A DNA stretch of 64,000 nucleotides, from NCBI GenBank assembly GCA_950097015.1, contig CATNEN010000025.1:8618001-8682000 (forward strand), in the 5' to 3' direction. Of the stretch, positions 36,711-49,600 are shown in pieces (position 1 is the stretch's first letter; each line of letters opens with the position of its first letter). The position numbers and the translations under genes were made by a program. Under the pieces are notes generated by a model. The model was given only the letters and a program-made list of their open reading frames with translations. It ran no database searches and was not told where the DNA came from. The stretch comes from Macrostomum hystrix. Lineage: Eukaryota; Animalia; Platyhelminthes.

Positions 36711-38773
36711 CATTGCCCGCGACAGGCTTGGCCAGTTTGTAACCATGCAGCCGTCACGCAGTGCGGGATGAAGCCAGGGCGCTAACTTTATAGAAGCAGA
36801 GTTCCCGCATCTCAGACAGAGAGAACAGGAAGAGGGGCTTGAGTATTGCGATTGGTTTTTATGCGAAAACCTTGTTTACATCGAGTGGGAGGCTTCCGAA
36901 TAAAGTAATTTTTTATGCGTCCAAGATGATTACCGTCGACGTAGCGGTGATAAAATTCTGGAACCTGACGCTTCTGAAGTATTATGGGAGGGCCAAAAAG
37001 AGCAGTGTTTTTGAAGCTCATGAGCAACTTTTTCAGCAAAGATGATTTTGTAGATTTAAGAACTACTGGTTTTTGATACATGCGCTCATGTCAAGGGGAC
37101 ACCACCTCCGGGATAGGCTTGGATAACTGACAATTGTCAAGAAATTTAGGGTTTCTGACACCCCAGGAATCTTTAAACGCTGTAATGAAAGGTAGTTGTT
37201 TCATTTTTTATCCCCAAACGACCCACATCAGTAGTTGTCTTACAGCCGGAAAGTAGAGCTACACTCAACGCATTTTTACTCGTTGCTGAGTGCCAATCCC
37301 AAATCTACTATTAATAGAGTCCGTGTGAGTACTAGTAGCGCATGTGCAGGGGAGATAACTAAGTAGATTTGGGATAAATTACTAGCCAATTTACTGACTG
37401 CATAATTGGCTTCCTGCTTGGACTATTAGATGGATGTCAGAAGCAGTTGAGTACCCGGTGACCAAGCCCTATTTATCACCGATTCGCACGAATTGACGGA
37501 GATACAGTAAGGTCTTCGGGCCTCGACAGGGAGACTTTTCTAAGTTCCATATTATGGTCATAACTTTCTGAAAATCGTGCAGGAAATCAGTGCAGTGTTC
37601 CATTGTAGTCATTTATTTGTACGCTGGTAAAGAGAAATCTTCCAAGTTGTCACCGAACTGAAGGCTCGATCGTACCAGCGAACTCATGCAGATGGTTTCT
37701 GACTTAATACTCGTAATTCCAAGAAAGGAAAACGGAGCTGTCAGGAGCTGTTAGCGGATAAAAAGTCCAGATTTTTCCGATTGCCACCATATGGTGTGCT
37801 ATAGACCCCACAAGCCACGTATTTTTCTATTTGATTTGCGACACGCAGTACAGACATCGCAATACAGTGATGTGTGCGTATTAATTACATTTTCTGAGAC
37901 ACAGTTCAATATTATCATATTGACTGGCCTATATTGATTGGCCGGAAAGCCATATTAGTGAATAACTGCTTGAAGAAAAAACAGACTACTCCTCAGTAGA
38001 GGGGGGTTCTTTGTAAATCCCAATGTGCCAAGGCTGTATCCGGCACGCGAGGCATAAAAGGAGGGAGACGGCGAATACTTGCTGTTTCCAGTCTACCCCC
38101 GTCAGCTACATGTACCAGTATTTCCAAGAAACTCCCCAGCTGACACCTGATGCTGTGGCTGGGTTTATCTTACAGCCCGTATCCCATTCCCACACTACTC
38201 CGCTCCCTTGCCAGTAGGAGTTGAGTCCTCAGGCGACGTGAGCCAGTTTTTTGCCCGGATTGACAGATTGACATGCTGCAAACCAACGAAACAAAGTCGT
38301 GATGTAGGCTTGTGTGACTCTGGCTTTGAGGCCCCACCTGACAATATGCCGCTGCTGACTACAACTCATAAGCCAGAACAAAAACATAAAGTCAACGGGA
38401 ATGCATTGAATGCATTGGGGATTGTCTACAGTCCTGGTAAGAAGCAGTGGTAAATAGCATGTAGCAGAGAGCAATGCCTTCAATGCTCTTTATTCAAAAC
38501 TTATTTCAAGATTTTCGAGCCAAATTTTATTTGAATTGTGATTTTCTCAAGATGCCGGCTATGCAGACAAGTTGATTTATAGAAACTCAGAAGACAGAAC
38601 TTTTAGCATGAGTTCGACTCAACCAACTATTTGCAAGTGGTTTCATCTGCGGTGGCAATGTGATATAGGATATTCTGAATGCTCGAGAAGGAGGGATTAT
38701 CTTTACGCATTTTTAATCTGTCTCACTAGCTTAATCTCTTTTAGTCAGTTGTCTGCGTTGACCTTTCGTTACC

Positions 38774-39472
38774 CTAGCCCATTCGGACGTAGCTGGCTCG
38801 TTTGTCGGTCTCTTCAAACGGTCGCTTGCCCATTCGGACGTAGCTTGCACGCTTGCCCATTCGAACGTAGCTGGCCCGTTTGTCGGTCTCTTCAAACGGT
38901 CGCTTCCCCATTCGGACGTAGCTGGCCCGTTTGTCGGTCTCTTCAAACGGTCGCTTGCCCATTCGGACGTAGCTTGCACGCTTGCCCATTCGAACGTAGC
39001 TGGCCCGTTTGTCGGTCTCTTCAAACGGTCGCTTCCCCATTCGGACGTAGCTGGCCCGTTTGTCGGTCTCTTCAAACGGTCGCTTCCCCATTCGGACGTA
39101 GCTTGCACGCTTGCCCATTCGGACGTAGCTGGCCCGTTTGTCGGTCTCTTCAAACGGTCGCTTCCCCATTCGGACGTAGCTTGCACGCTTGCCCATTCGG
39201 ACGTAGCTGGCCCGTTTGTCGGTCTCTTCAAACGGTCGCTTCCCCATTCGGACGTAGCTTGCACGCTTGCCCATTCGAACGTAGCTGGCCCGTTTGTCGG
39301 TCTCTTCAAACGGTCGCTTGCCCATTCGGACGTAGCTTGCCCGTTTGTCGGCGCCGTCGTCCTCTGCTAAGCGGCTCCAGTCAGCCAGTTCATCAGTCAG
39401 CGAGTTGCAATTCTCACAGGCAAGACCGATTCCCACCAAGTAGACAGCAGTTAGAAGGACTAATTTGGCCAT
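38774..39472 (-). CDS. Amidated neuropeptide precursor: 14x ASYVRMamide and 8x PFEETD spacers
   Basis: Signal peptide MAKLVLLTAVYLVGIGLA, then KR-flanked ASYVRM-G repeats with Gly as amide donor; the last copy ends G-stop. A probable 5'UTR intron lies at about 39481-39557. Confidence 0.93.
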   Translation of the reverse strand: MAKLVLLTAVYLVGIGLACENCNSLTDELADWSRLAEDDGADKRASYVRMGKRPFEETDKRASYVRMGKRASYVRMGKRPFEETDKRASYVRMGKRASYVRMGKRPFEETDKRASYVRMGKRASYVRMGKRPFEETDKRASYVRMGKRPFEETDKRASYVRMGKRASYVRMGKRPFEETDKRASYVRMGKRPFEETDKRASYVRMGKRASYVRMGKRPFEETDKRASYVRMG

Positions 39473-41472
39473 CCCGTTCTGAAACGATTAAGTACCTTAA
39501 CAACTTAAGAACCAAGGTGGACCGGCAGGAGCGTTTTGTTCTGTTGAAAATTACCTACCATTCTCAGAATTTTCATAAACAGCCTCCCGCAAAGATCTCC
39601 TGAAGCTCTTCTCTCCTGCAGTTCCTCTGTTTGTCTTTCTTTTCTGTTCAAGACTCCGGTTTAACCAGCAGCTACGGCAGCAGAAGCACAGAAGTCTGCG
39701 ACAGAGTTTTAAGGCTCACTGGCTTTTTAACCTCTTTGAAGCCCTCCCATACTAAATTCCTTGCGCTTCATCCAATCCGCATTGACTTCAACTCAGCTGG
39801 GGCTACACTGGGAACTCGCCAATTGGATGAGCTGCGACTAACTCGCAACCGGCATGCTTGAGCCAGAAAAAAACACATTTTACCAAGGGGACTTTATTCA
39901 ACAGGTGAAGGAAGGACATACAGCACAGCTGCGCGTTCAGTGATATCAGTTTTCGTGTTTGCCACCTGCCACTCCAACCCAGTCTTTGCGCCATCCTTTC
40001 TGCCGAATCGCAGCTTTTCCATCCATAGAAGAGGAAACTATAAATAAATGACTTGCAGTGAGACTTTGGAGCTGCCAGGGTGAAACAGTAAGAAGCGGTT
40101 TCCCGCACAAGTAAATATCGCAGTCTGAAGAGGTAAGAGACAAAAATTCTCAGCAAACAGAGCTGAAACTGGAGAAGCTGGAAAAAAATAACTAGGAAAC
40201 TATTGCTGACGAACTATAAGTACGGGGTGATAGAGACAGGACCTCTTTGTATAATTAAGCTCACATGTTGCCTGTGAAAGAGCGTCAACTTTTTACCGCA
40301 TCATAGAGAAACCGACCCAGCAGAAGGAAGAAAAGAATGGCTGGGCCTAGCTACGCACTTTGTTAGCGATCCACTTGCGCTCTGCTGCCCGGGGAGAAAA
40401 ATAAATACGCTCAGAAACTCTACCTCCCTCTCAAAGTTTCGGATTAAAGTTACTCCCCAAACCCTTGCACCGCCTCTTTTTCTTTATCCCCAATTTTCTT
40501 TCTTCCCAACCGAGGCAGAAATCCATCTTCTTGCCATCTTCGGCCGTACCGAGGGAAAGCCCGACGCGGCATGATGAATGCGGCAGCGGAATGCTTAAGA
40601 GAATCTGCCGCACCTCAAATCCCCAACGTTAACCCTGGGTCAGTCCAGCTTCATCTTACGGCCTTTAAATCTGGCCGGGTTCGACTCCCCAAAGTCAAAG
40701 TGTTCTCTTAGTCTCGGCGAATGCTGGCGAAGATTGTGTAGACAATGGGTAGTTAGGCATGGTGATTCCGAATTTAGAAAATGATCATTTGTCATGAAAG
40801 TTGAAATTCTATCCCAACCAACATTTGAGTGATGACGAACTGCTCATTGTCAAACGATAGAAATTAAGCAGCTTTTCGCGTTCATTGGATTTTCTTGGAC
40901 TACAATGGATTACAAACGGATTTTTGGTTCGCTTTGGCCACATATCTAAGAAGCAGACAAGAGTGAGCCAGGGTCAAATTGTGGTAATTCATGTCCCTCT
41001 GTTTACTTTTAGTTACGACCATAGACAAAGCGACGACTGCGATCTCTCAGTAACATCCTCAGAAAGTTTTATTTTCAGATACCTTAAAAAGAGAGATGCG
41101 GGAAACCTCAAAACTATTGCGCTTCGAGGCCATAGACATAATCAAGGAAAGCATGCTATAGTATGCATTCTTATTTGAGCATGCAGCGTGCGGGAATGAA
41201 GGCAGTCGTGCAGGAATGAAATAATCTATGGCCAAATCTCCACTGTTTTACACATGGACATCGTGCAGGAATGACACTCTCCGTTCCTGCACGCAAGCAA
41301 TTTATTTATATGTTATTTGATTTATTTTTAACCCCCTCTCTCTTTCCTCCCTCCACACTTTATTCTTAAAATGAATTTTGTCTATGGTTAGAATGGCTTT
41401 AATAAGAATGAAATTCCTGAACGCTTACTCGTGCGTCTATGGCCAAGCACTCGTAAGCGTTCAAGAATTATA

Positions 41473-41770
41473 CATTGTACACTTTTGGAGGGGTTTTTTC
41501 CCAGCCACCAATGAAGCCTGATTGTTGCACGCCTTTACTGTCTATGTCCCGAACCCCAGCGGCTCGTCTCGCTGTCTTACAGCCTTCCCCAAACTGAGTT
41601 CTCTTGCTGCCCAAGTCAGGCGGTCTACTTTTGGACCATAGACATTTCGGGCGTGCACCAATCGACAAAATAATCGATTGCTGCACGCCCCGCGAGACCG
41701 CTGGCTATATCCGCTCCGTGAGACTGATTGTTGCACGCCCCAACTGTCTGTGGTCCAAAAGTATACAATG
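41473..41770. mobile_element. Candidate MITE with 17-bp inverted ends
   Basis: CATTGTACACTTTTGGA versus TCCAAAAGTATACAATG (16/17); internal repeats of GATTG.TGCACGCC. No TSD seen. Confidence 0.45.
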
Positions 41771-43429
41771 CCAGTGATAAACGGCTATTCGTACTGCAAA
41801 GTTTTAAACCTCGGGCGCTACGCGCCTTAAAAACATTGCAGCACTCATGCACTCGTTAACCGTCTAACGATGTAGCAGTATCGGTAGTCGGTGCCAATCG
41901 GGTCAGTGATAACTATGTTGTACTCACTACTCCCAGGAGGGGTGCGCATACGAGGGCCAGAGTACGCGGGCCCGTGCTGGCCTGCGTTGTACAGCACGGG
42001 GCAGCCACCCGCCCCGGCCGCGCCTTTAAAGGTCACAGCCCACCCGGGGCCGGGGCCCCCCTCGCCCCACCCCCCGCCCCACCACCCCAGCCCAGCCACC
42101 CAACGGCCAATCACGGTGTAGCTGGGCGAGGGGCAGCCCGGGGCGAGGGCCAGACAGGGCGGCCCAGCCAACCAGCGTGCAGAAAACACAATGGCGGCTA
42201 AGCGGCTTACACCGCTGAGCATTTAACACCAAAAACACATACGGTATGCCGCGTGGGGGTAGAGTGCACCTTAGCAGTGTAAGTGCACAGGCACAACAAC
42301 TGACTAAGGAAAAGTACAAAAGCCAATAACTAATTTTCAATAGCAGTCTTGCCATCGACAAAAAAATACACTGGAAATGCATCGATCAAGTCCAAAAGAA
42401 TTATAATAGCTAATTCAAAAGTTGAATCGGAAAAGTTTCTGTCAGAACATTATAGCCGCACTTGACTTGCAGACTTTTTGACCCCGAAAAAATCACTAGC
42501 GAAATAAGACTCAAAGTGTGCAGTTAAAAAAAAGTGAAAAATGTAAACAGAACTATCCGGCATTGAAGTCGTCCTTCCCATGGGTGAAAATTCAGCACTG
42601 TTTAATCCCAAGATCTGTAATCTGGGGCAATTGCTGGGCCCGACACGAGTAAATTTGTTGATAACAGAGCGTAGGACGAAAACTATTTCGACTCTAAAAT
42701 CGTTACAAAATTGCTACCTGTCTAGATTAAAGTGCGTTGGATTGGGCCTACATGAATTTTGTGGCTGTCTCAATTTTAGGAACTCGCAGACAGCCAGAGG
42801 AAGAAGAATTAGAAGAAACAGTTCGGCTGGAATTGCAGCTTTAAGGCAGTTTCCAGTTAGAATTGGAATAAAGAAATTGGCATCTCACTAGGCCAAGTGG
42901 GGATGCGGAGAGACGTTGGCCCAGAAGTGCCCTCTCCTGGCTAACAATGCGCAAACAGCGAACTGCTGCTGCTGCTATTCCCACACTACCTTTCGATAGA
43001 CAGAAATTCAAGAACAAAAGAACTAGAACAAAAAATGGCAAGGCCTTGAATTCCAAGCAAACAAGGGAGAGGAAGTGAAAACAAGAAACGGATGGAAATA
43101 TAATTCCGGGCAATGCCGTGAGCGCATCCTGTATTTCCGCAAGACTGCCAACCCTTGTTGGGCCGGTCGCTTATCTCTCATACTCATACACGAATGAAAG
43201 CATATAAGGTGTCCAGCGCATGAAATCTAAATTTGCCTGCTCTGATTGACGATTCGCCAAAGATGTAGCTGGATATTTACAAAAATTCTCTGAAGCAAAG
43301 CGTGCAAGCTATGCTCGTACGAGTACAAACCTCGAAGTTTAATGCTTATTGACAAGAAGTATTTGCTCTAGAGATGAAGATTTCAGGCAGTATAAGAACA
43401 AAAAAACTATCTGCGCACCAACTGTCTTT

Positions 43430-43790
43430 GAGGGGGTCGGTGGAGAGCACGCGTTTGACTCTCGCGCCAAGGTCCCCAAGTTCGATTCCACGGCGAGGCC
43501 ACATTCATTTGGGGCGCAGCCGCGGAGAGAACGCTTGGGGGCTTGTCGTGCAATTTACGCCCCTGAGGGCCAATCTCCAAGGCACAGTGAGAGTGTACTC
43601 TGCCTGGCGATGAGAAAGTCAGGGCAGATGTACAGACCTGTGTGAGCGTGTGCCTGCATAAAGTATCTGTGTGTGTGTGCTCAGGAGTCAGCGAAACGGG
43701 CAGAATTGCCTCATCGATGGCTGCGGGTTTAGTTTCACCAAATGATGTGCCTCTGCTCGCAGCCATCCTGCAATTATTATTATTATTAAC
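43430..43790 (+). mobile_element. tRNA-derived SINE, most complete copy
   Basis: Head with B-box-like AGTTCGATTCC, body GGCCACATTCATTTGGGG..., a (GT)n tract and a (TTA)n tail. Homologous to 8725-8965 and 62005-62215. Confidence 0.75.
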
Positions 43791-44023
43791 TGTCTTTGAA
43801 GAAAAAACCATTAGAGTCACCAGAGTCACCATTAAGGCCATCAAAGGGTAAAGTAAAATTGTTAGGTTTTAGACAAATTAAAGACATAACGTAGTGCCGC
43901 GAGCACTGGGACGTCAGTCTGTTTAGCAATTCTTTGCCAGTCTTTTGTCTCTTGTTTGACAAACATTTCGCTTGTCACCTCGAGATTCCATCTTCAGTAG
44001 CTGAAGTTGTCGCTCACAATTCG

Positions 44024-44566
44024 CTAGCAGTCGAGGGCGGGCAGTCCGAGCCTGTCGGTGAGGCGGGCCCTCAGCATGGTGCCGTCAACCAGGTAGACGC
44101 TGTGCAATCGACGGACATCGCCATCGCGGGCCGCCCTGTGCCGTCCGACCGCTTCCAGAACGTCGCGAAGGCCGGCGCCGAAAACTGGACAAGACACCGC
44201 CAGGCTGTCCAGCGGACGTGGCAGCGGAGCCTCGCGACCTGCCTGCCGGAAGAGCAGCCGGCCACAACGGCGGATGAACTTCTTGGCCAGGCGCCGCGAG
44301 CTGAGGTAGCGGCCTGGGTCGGTGCGGCTGCACAGCTGAGCGAAGAACCGGCTGAGGGGACCCACCGTGGCCAGGGTGTAGCCATCGGCGATCTTGCACA
44401 CGTAGGAGTAAAAGTACTTGTCATTGTCCGGCACGCAGGTGGAATCGGACGGCCCGAGCGCCAGGTAGAGGCAGGCGTGCTCGTAGCTTGGCGGCGCTGA
44501 CAGTTGAATGAGGCGAGCTTCTGTGCTACTTCGTCGGCGGTTCATTTCGTCGTTGAATGCCTGCAT
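44024..44566 (-). CDS. Hypothetical 180-aa protein, single exon or terminal exon
   Basis: GC-rich, non-repetitive open frame with coding-like composition; no family recognised. A TGCAG acceptor overlaps the ATG. Confidence 0.55.
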   Translation of the reverse strand: MQAFNDEMNRRRSSTEARLIQLSAPPSYEHACLYLALGPSDSTCVPDNDKYFYSYVCKIADGYTLATVGPLSRFFAQLCSRTDPGRYLSSRRLAKKFIRRCGRLLFRQAGREAPLPRPLDSLAVSCPVFGAGLRDVLEAVGRHRAARDGDVRRLHSVYLVDGTMLRARLTDRLGLPALDC

Positions 44567-46124
44567 GAATTGGAGAGAGAAACTGTTGAATCGAATCGGC
44601 TCTCAGATTGCTCTAGGTTTGGTCTTATATTATGGCAATATGAAAACATTGCACAGATTAGATTATCACACTCACTGCCTGACTCTGGGCCCCAATCTTA
44701 TTTCCAATGACGTCAATCTTCGCTGTGCTTTTTAAAAGTCTACAGGCAGTGTGCGCCCACACCTCCAAATCAGCAATCTCTTGATAAAAGCATTCCTGCA
44801 AATAACGCTGGTTAAAAAATTAAACTAGAAAACATACGAGTATATCTCATATACTTATGCGACTAGAGTGCAAACAAAGCATTGTTATTTCTTTCATACG
44901 TATTTTTCATTAATAATTTAGCGTTGCCCTCAGATACTTGATTAGAAAATAAAGCACACGCAGTTCAAATCCCATTTTCCCTGAACAATTTCTCAGGAGA
45001 TGAACACAAGACCCGCCATGCGTCAGGATGAAATGAAGTCACGAAATGCTCAATTAATTTATTTCGCTTGGAAGTTGCTTGTTGAAGATAACTAGAAGCA
45101 TTATGGCGGCCCACAATTTCTGTGAATCAGTAGTAATGCTTTTTAGTTTTAGCTTGAGCTTTTTGCCTAATCCAGTAACTGTGGATTAACCTGACTCGCA
45201 CAGCTCATTAGTGCAAATGCAAACAACTAATAGGGACAAGTAAAAATACAAGAGCATAACTAAATTTGGCCTGATCACAGATCGCAGATATGACAGCTCA
45301 TTCCCCACTAGAAAGTGCCAGCTTAAAGTCGCAGCAATTTAGTAGTCTGCTGTAACAAACAATGACCACTTGAATAACCTTTTTCATGGTTTTTGTACTT
45401 CTTAATTCATCTGCTTGGCAATCTTGCATATAAAAAATGTCTGTCAGCCTCCACCGATAGCATTGCAGTGCAAGCATATTTGTTAGATTTTATAGGATTA
45501 GCAGGGCCAGTGCATGCAGTCAGGCATGAACATATAAGAATCGATCAGCAGAGAGCTTTTGACAAAAAATACTAATACTATTCTTTAAAAAGACGGCCCG
45601 AGGACAAAGTACTACTATTGAACTCGCAAAATTTTCAGAAGCGAGCGAATCGAGCGTGAATTAATTATGCCATTATTGATTGCATAATTTCATCGAGCGC
45701 TTGGGACGGCCTCGTCTTCTTTATCGAGACTTCCTTGGAGTCTGCAAACAACGCGGACTAATTGGGTCGCCTGATGCACTTCGGCTCTGAAGACTCTGCA
45801 ATGATGGCATCCCAGTTGAATGCACTCAAATATGCTAGCTTTAAGAGTTGCTCATTAAGATTGCGCAACATCTTGTCCGTTACAAAGAATCTCGATAGTG
45901 TTTCGCAATTAGCCTACTGCACAGAAGTAGTTAGTTTTAATAACTTCAGTTATTATTTATTAGGTCGGTGTTGACCTGAATAAATAGGAAACTATGAACT
46001 AACCATTATCACACAGGCGGAATGCTGGGTGAAGTATTTTAAAGGTTAAAATAATTGTTCATTATAATTGTGCATCATTGTGGGATCGAAATCGCAAGTT
46101 CAAATCTCAGAATTTAATCTATTT

Positions 46125-46335
46125 ACCTATCAGTGTCTACTCTCACAGTCTACTCTCAGAGTCTACTCTCAATGTCTACTCTCAGTGTCTACTCTCAATG
46201 TCTACTCTCAGAGTCTACTCTCAATGTCTACTCTCAGTGTCTACTCTCAGTATCTACTCTCAGTGTCTACTCTCAGTGTCTACTCTCAGTGTCTACTTTC
46301 AGTGTCTACTCTTATTGCCTACTCTCAGTGCCTAC
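46125..46335. repeat. 13-bp minisatellite GTCTACTCTCAGT
   Basis: About 16 copies. Confidence 0.9.
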
Positions 46336-46674
46336 TATTCTGAGTGTTCAATCTAAATTACCAAATTTCGTTACCTAATCTTAAGCTCTGAAGCACCTCA
46401 AACTCTAGACGATATTTGGAACGTGCTCAAGGAGCGGTAGCGTGAACTCACCCAAACAAGTTCGCTCAGTGTTTCAACTCATTGGGCCATCCATATTAGT
46501 CGAATTAGAGATCTAAAAAGAAAATCTTACAAATCAAGAGTTTGTTTAGAACAGAGAGTTGTACTGGAATACTGTGCTATCGGCTGCGCATCTGGCCTAA
46601 TTAGGGCAGGTGTAATTACTTAATATGATTTTTAAGCAGATATTGGAGAGATCCAAGGATTTTGCTTACAATGT

Positions 46675-49600
46675 GATTTCGGGGATTTCAAATCCCTCGG
46701 GGATTCGAAAGTCAGGGATTTGAAAATCGGGGATTTGAAAGTCGGGGATCTGAAATTCGGGGATTTAAAATTTGGGGATTCGAAAGTCGGGGATTCGAAA
46801 GTCAGGGATTCGAAAGTCGGCATTTTGAAATTCGGGGATTTGAAAGTCGGGGATTTGAAAGTCGGTGATTGTAAAGTCGGGGATTTTAAATTCGGGGATT
46901 TGAAATTCGAGGATTTAAAAGTTAGCATATTGAAATTCGGGGATTTGAAATTCGGGATTTAAAAGTCGGCATATTGAAATTCGGGGATTTGAAAGTCGGG
47001 GATTTGAAAGTCAGGGATTTTTTAATTCGGTGATTTGAAATTCGGGGATTTGAATGTCAGGGATTTTTTAATTCGGTGATTTGAAATTCGGGGATTTTGA
47101 AATTCGGTGATTCGAAAGTCGGGGATTTGAAAGTCGGGGATTTAAAAGTCGGGGATTTGAAAGCCCGGGATTTGAAAGTCGGTGATTTGAAATTCGTGGA
47201 TTTGAAAGTCGGCATATTGAAATTCTGGGATTTGAAAGTCGGGGATTTGAAATTCCGGGATTTGAAAGTCAGAGATTTGAAATTCGGGGATTTGAAAGTC
47301 GGGGATCTGAAATTCGGGGATTTAAAATTTGGGGATTCGAAAGTCGGGGATTCGAAAGTCAGGGATTCGAAAGTCGGCATTTTGAAATTCGGGGATTTGA
47401 AAGTCGGGGATTGTAAAGTCGGGGATTTTAAATTCGGGGATTTGAAATTCGAGGATTTAAAAGTTAGCATATTGAAATTCGGGATTTAAAAGTCGGCATA
47501 TTGAAATTCGGGGATTTGAAAGTCGGGGATTTGAAAGTCAGGGATTTTTTAATTCGGTGATTTGAAATTCGGGGATTTGAATGTCAGGGATATTTTAATT
47601 CGGTGATTTGAAATTCGGGGATTTTGAAATTCGGTGATTCGAAAGTCGGGGATTTGAAATTCGGGGATTTGAAATTTGGGGATTTGAAAGTCCGGGATTT
47701 GAAATTCGGGGATTTGAAAGTCAGGAATTTGAAAGTCGGGGATTTGAAAGTCCGGGATTTGAAAGTCAGGGATTTGAAATTCGGTGATTTGAAATTCGGG
47801 GATTTTGAAATTCGGGGATTCGAAAGTCGGGGATCTGAAATTCGGGGATTTAAAATTTGGGGATTCGAAAGTCGGGGATTCGAAAGTCAGGGATTCGAAA
47901 GTCGGCATTTTGAAATTCGGGGATTTGAAAGTCGGCATTTTGAAATTCGGGGATTTGAAAGTCGGGGATTTGAAAGTCGGGGATTTAAAAGTCGGGGATT
48001 TGAAAGTCCGGGATTTGAAAGTCGGTGATTTGAAATTCGTGGATTTGAAAGTCGGCATATTGAAATTCGGGGATTTGAAATTCCGGGATTTGAAAGTCAG
48101 GGATTTGAAATTCGGTGATTTGAAATTCGGGGATTTTGAAATTCGGGGATTCGAAAGTCGGGGATCTGAAATTCGGGGATTTAAAATTTGGGGATTCGAA
48201 AGTCGGGGATTCGAAAGTCAGGGATTCGAAAGTCGGCATTTTGAAATTCGGGGATTTGAAAGTCGGCATTTTGAAATTCAGGGATTTGAAAGTCGGGGAT
48301 TTGAAAGTCGGGGATTTAAAAGTCCGGGATTTGAAAGTCGGGGATTTTAAATTCGGGGATTTTAAAGTCGCGGATTTGAAAGTCGGGGATTTTAAATTCG
48401 GGGATTCGAAAGTCGCGGATTTGAAAGTTGGCATATTGACAAGTCGGGGATTTAAAAGTCGGGGATTTAAAAGTCGGGGATTTAAAAGTCGGGGATTTGA
48501 AATTCCGGGATTTGAAATTCGGGGATTTGAAATTCCGGGATTTGAAAGTCAGGGATTTGAAATTCGGTGATTTGAAATTCGGGGATTTTGAAATTCGGGG
48601 ATTCGAAAGTCGGGGATCTGAAATTCGGGGATTTAAAATTTGGGGATTCGAAAGTCGGGGATTCGAAAGTCAGGGATTCGAAAGTCGGCATTTTGAAATT
48701 CGGGGATTTGAAAGTCGGGGATTTGAAAGTCGGTGATTGTAAAGTCGGGGATTTTAAATTCGGGGATTTGAAATTCGAGGATTTAAAAGTTAGCATATTG
48801 AAATTCGGGGATTTAAAAGTCGGCATATTGAAATTCGGGGATTTGAAAGTCGGCATATTGAAATTCGGGGATTTGAAAGTCGGGGATTTGAAAGTCAGGG
48901 ATTTTTTAATTCGGTGATTTGAAATTCGGGGATTTGAATGTCAGGGATTTTTTAATTCGGTGATTTGAAATTCGGGGATTTTGAAATTCGGTGATTCGAA
49001 AGTCGGGGATTTGAAATTCGGGGATTTGAAATTTGGGGATTTGAAAGTCCGGGATTTGAAATTCGGGGATTTGAACGTCAGGAATTTGAAAGTCGGGGAT
49101 TTAAAAGTCGGGAATTTGAAAGTCGGGGATTTAAAAGTCGGGGATTTAAAAGTCGGGGATTTAAAAGTCGGGGATTTGAAAGTCGGGGATTTAAAAGTCG
49201 GGGATTTAAAAGTCGGGGATTTGAAAGTCGGGGATTTGAAAGTCCGGGATTTGAAAGTCGGTGATTTGAAATTCGTGGATTTGAAAGTCGGCATATTGAA
49301 ATTCGGGGATTTGAAAGTCGGCATATTGAAATTCGGGGATTTGAAATTCCGGGATTTGAAAGTCAGGGATTTGAAATTCGGTGATTTGAAATTCGGGGAT
49401 TTTGAAATTCGGGGATTCGAAAGTCGGGGATCTGAAATTCGGGGATTTAAAATTTGGGGATTCGAAAGTCGGGGATTCGAAAGTCAGGGATTCGAAAGTC
49501 GGCATTTTGAAATTCGGGGATTTGAAAGTCGGGGATTGTAAAGTCGGGGATTTGAAAGTCGGGGATTTGAAAGTCGGGGATTTAAAAGTCGGGGATTTAA

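Noticed and set aside
38572-39603. 343-aa plus-strand repeat ORF and a 192-aa alternative minus frame
   Set aside because: Shadows of the neuropeptide repeats; only the KR/G-patterned frame has a signal peptide and processing logic.
40640-40700. GGTTCGACTCCC B-box suggesting a tRNA (also a GGTTCGAGTC on the minus strand near 23170)
   Set aside because: No cloverleaf or A-box could be built; at most SINE remnants.
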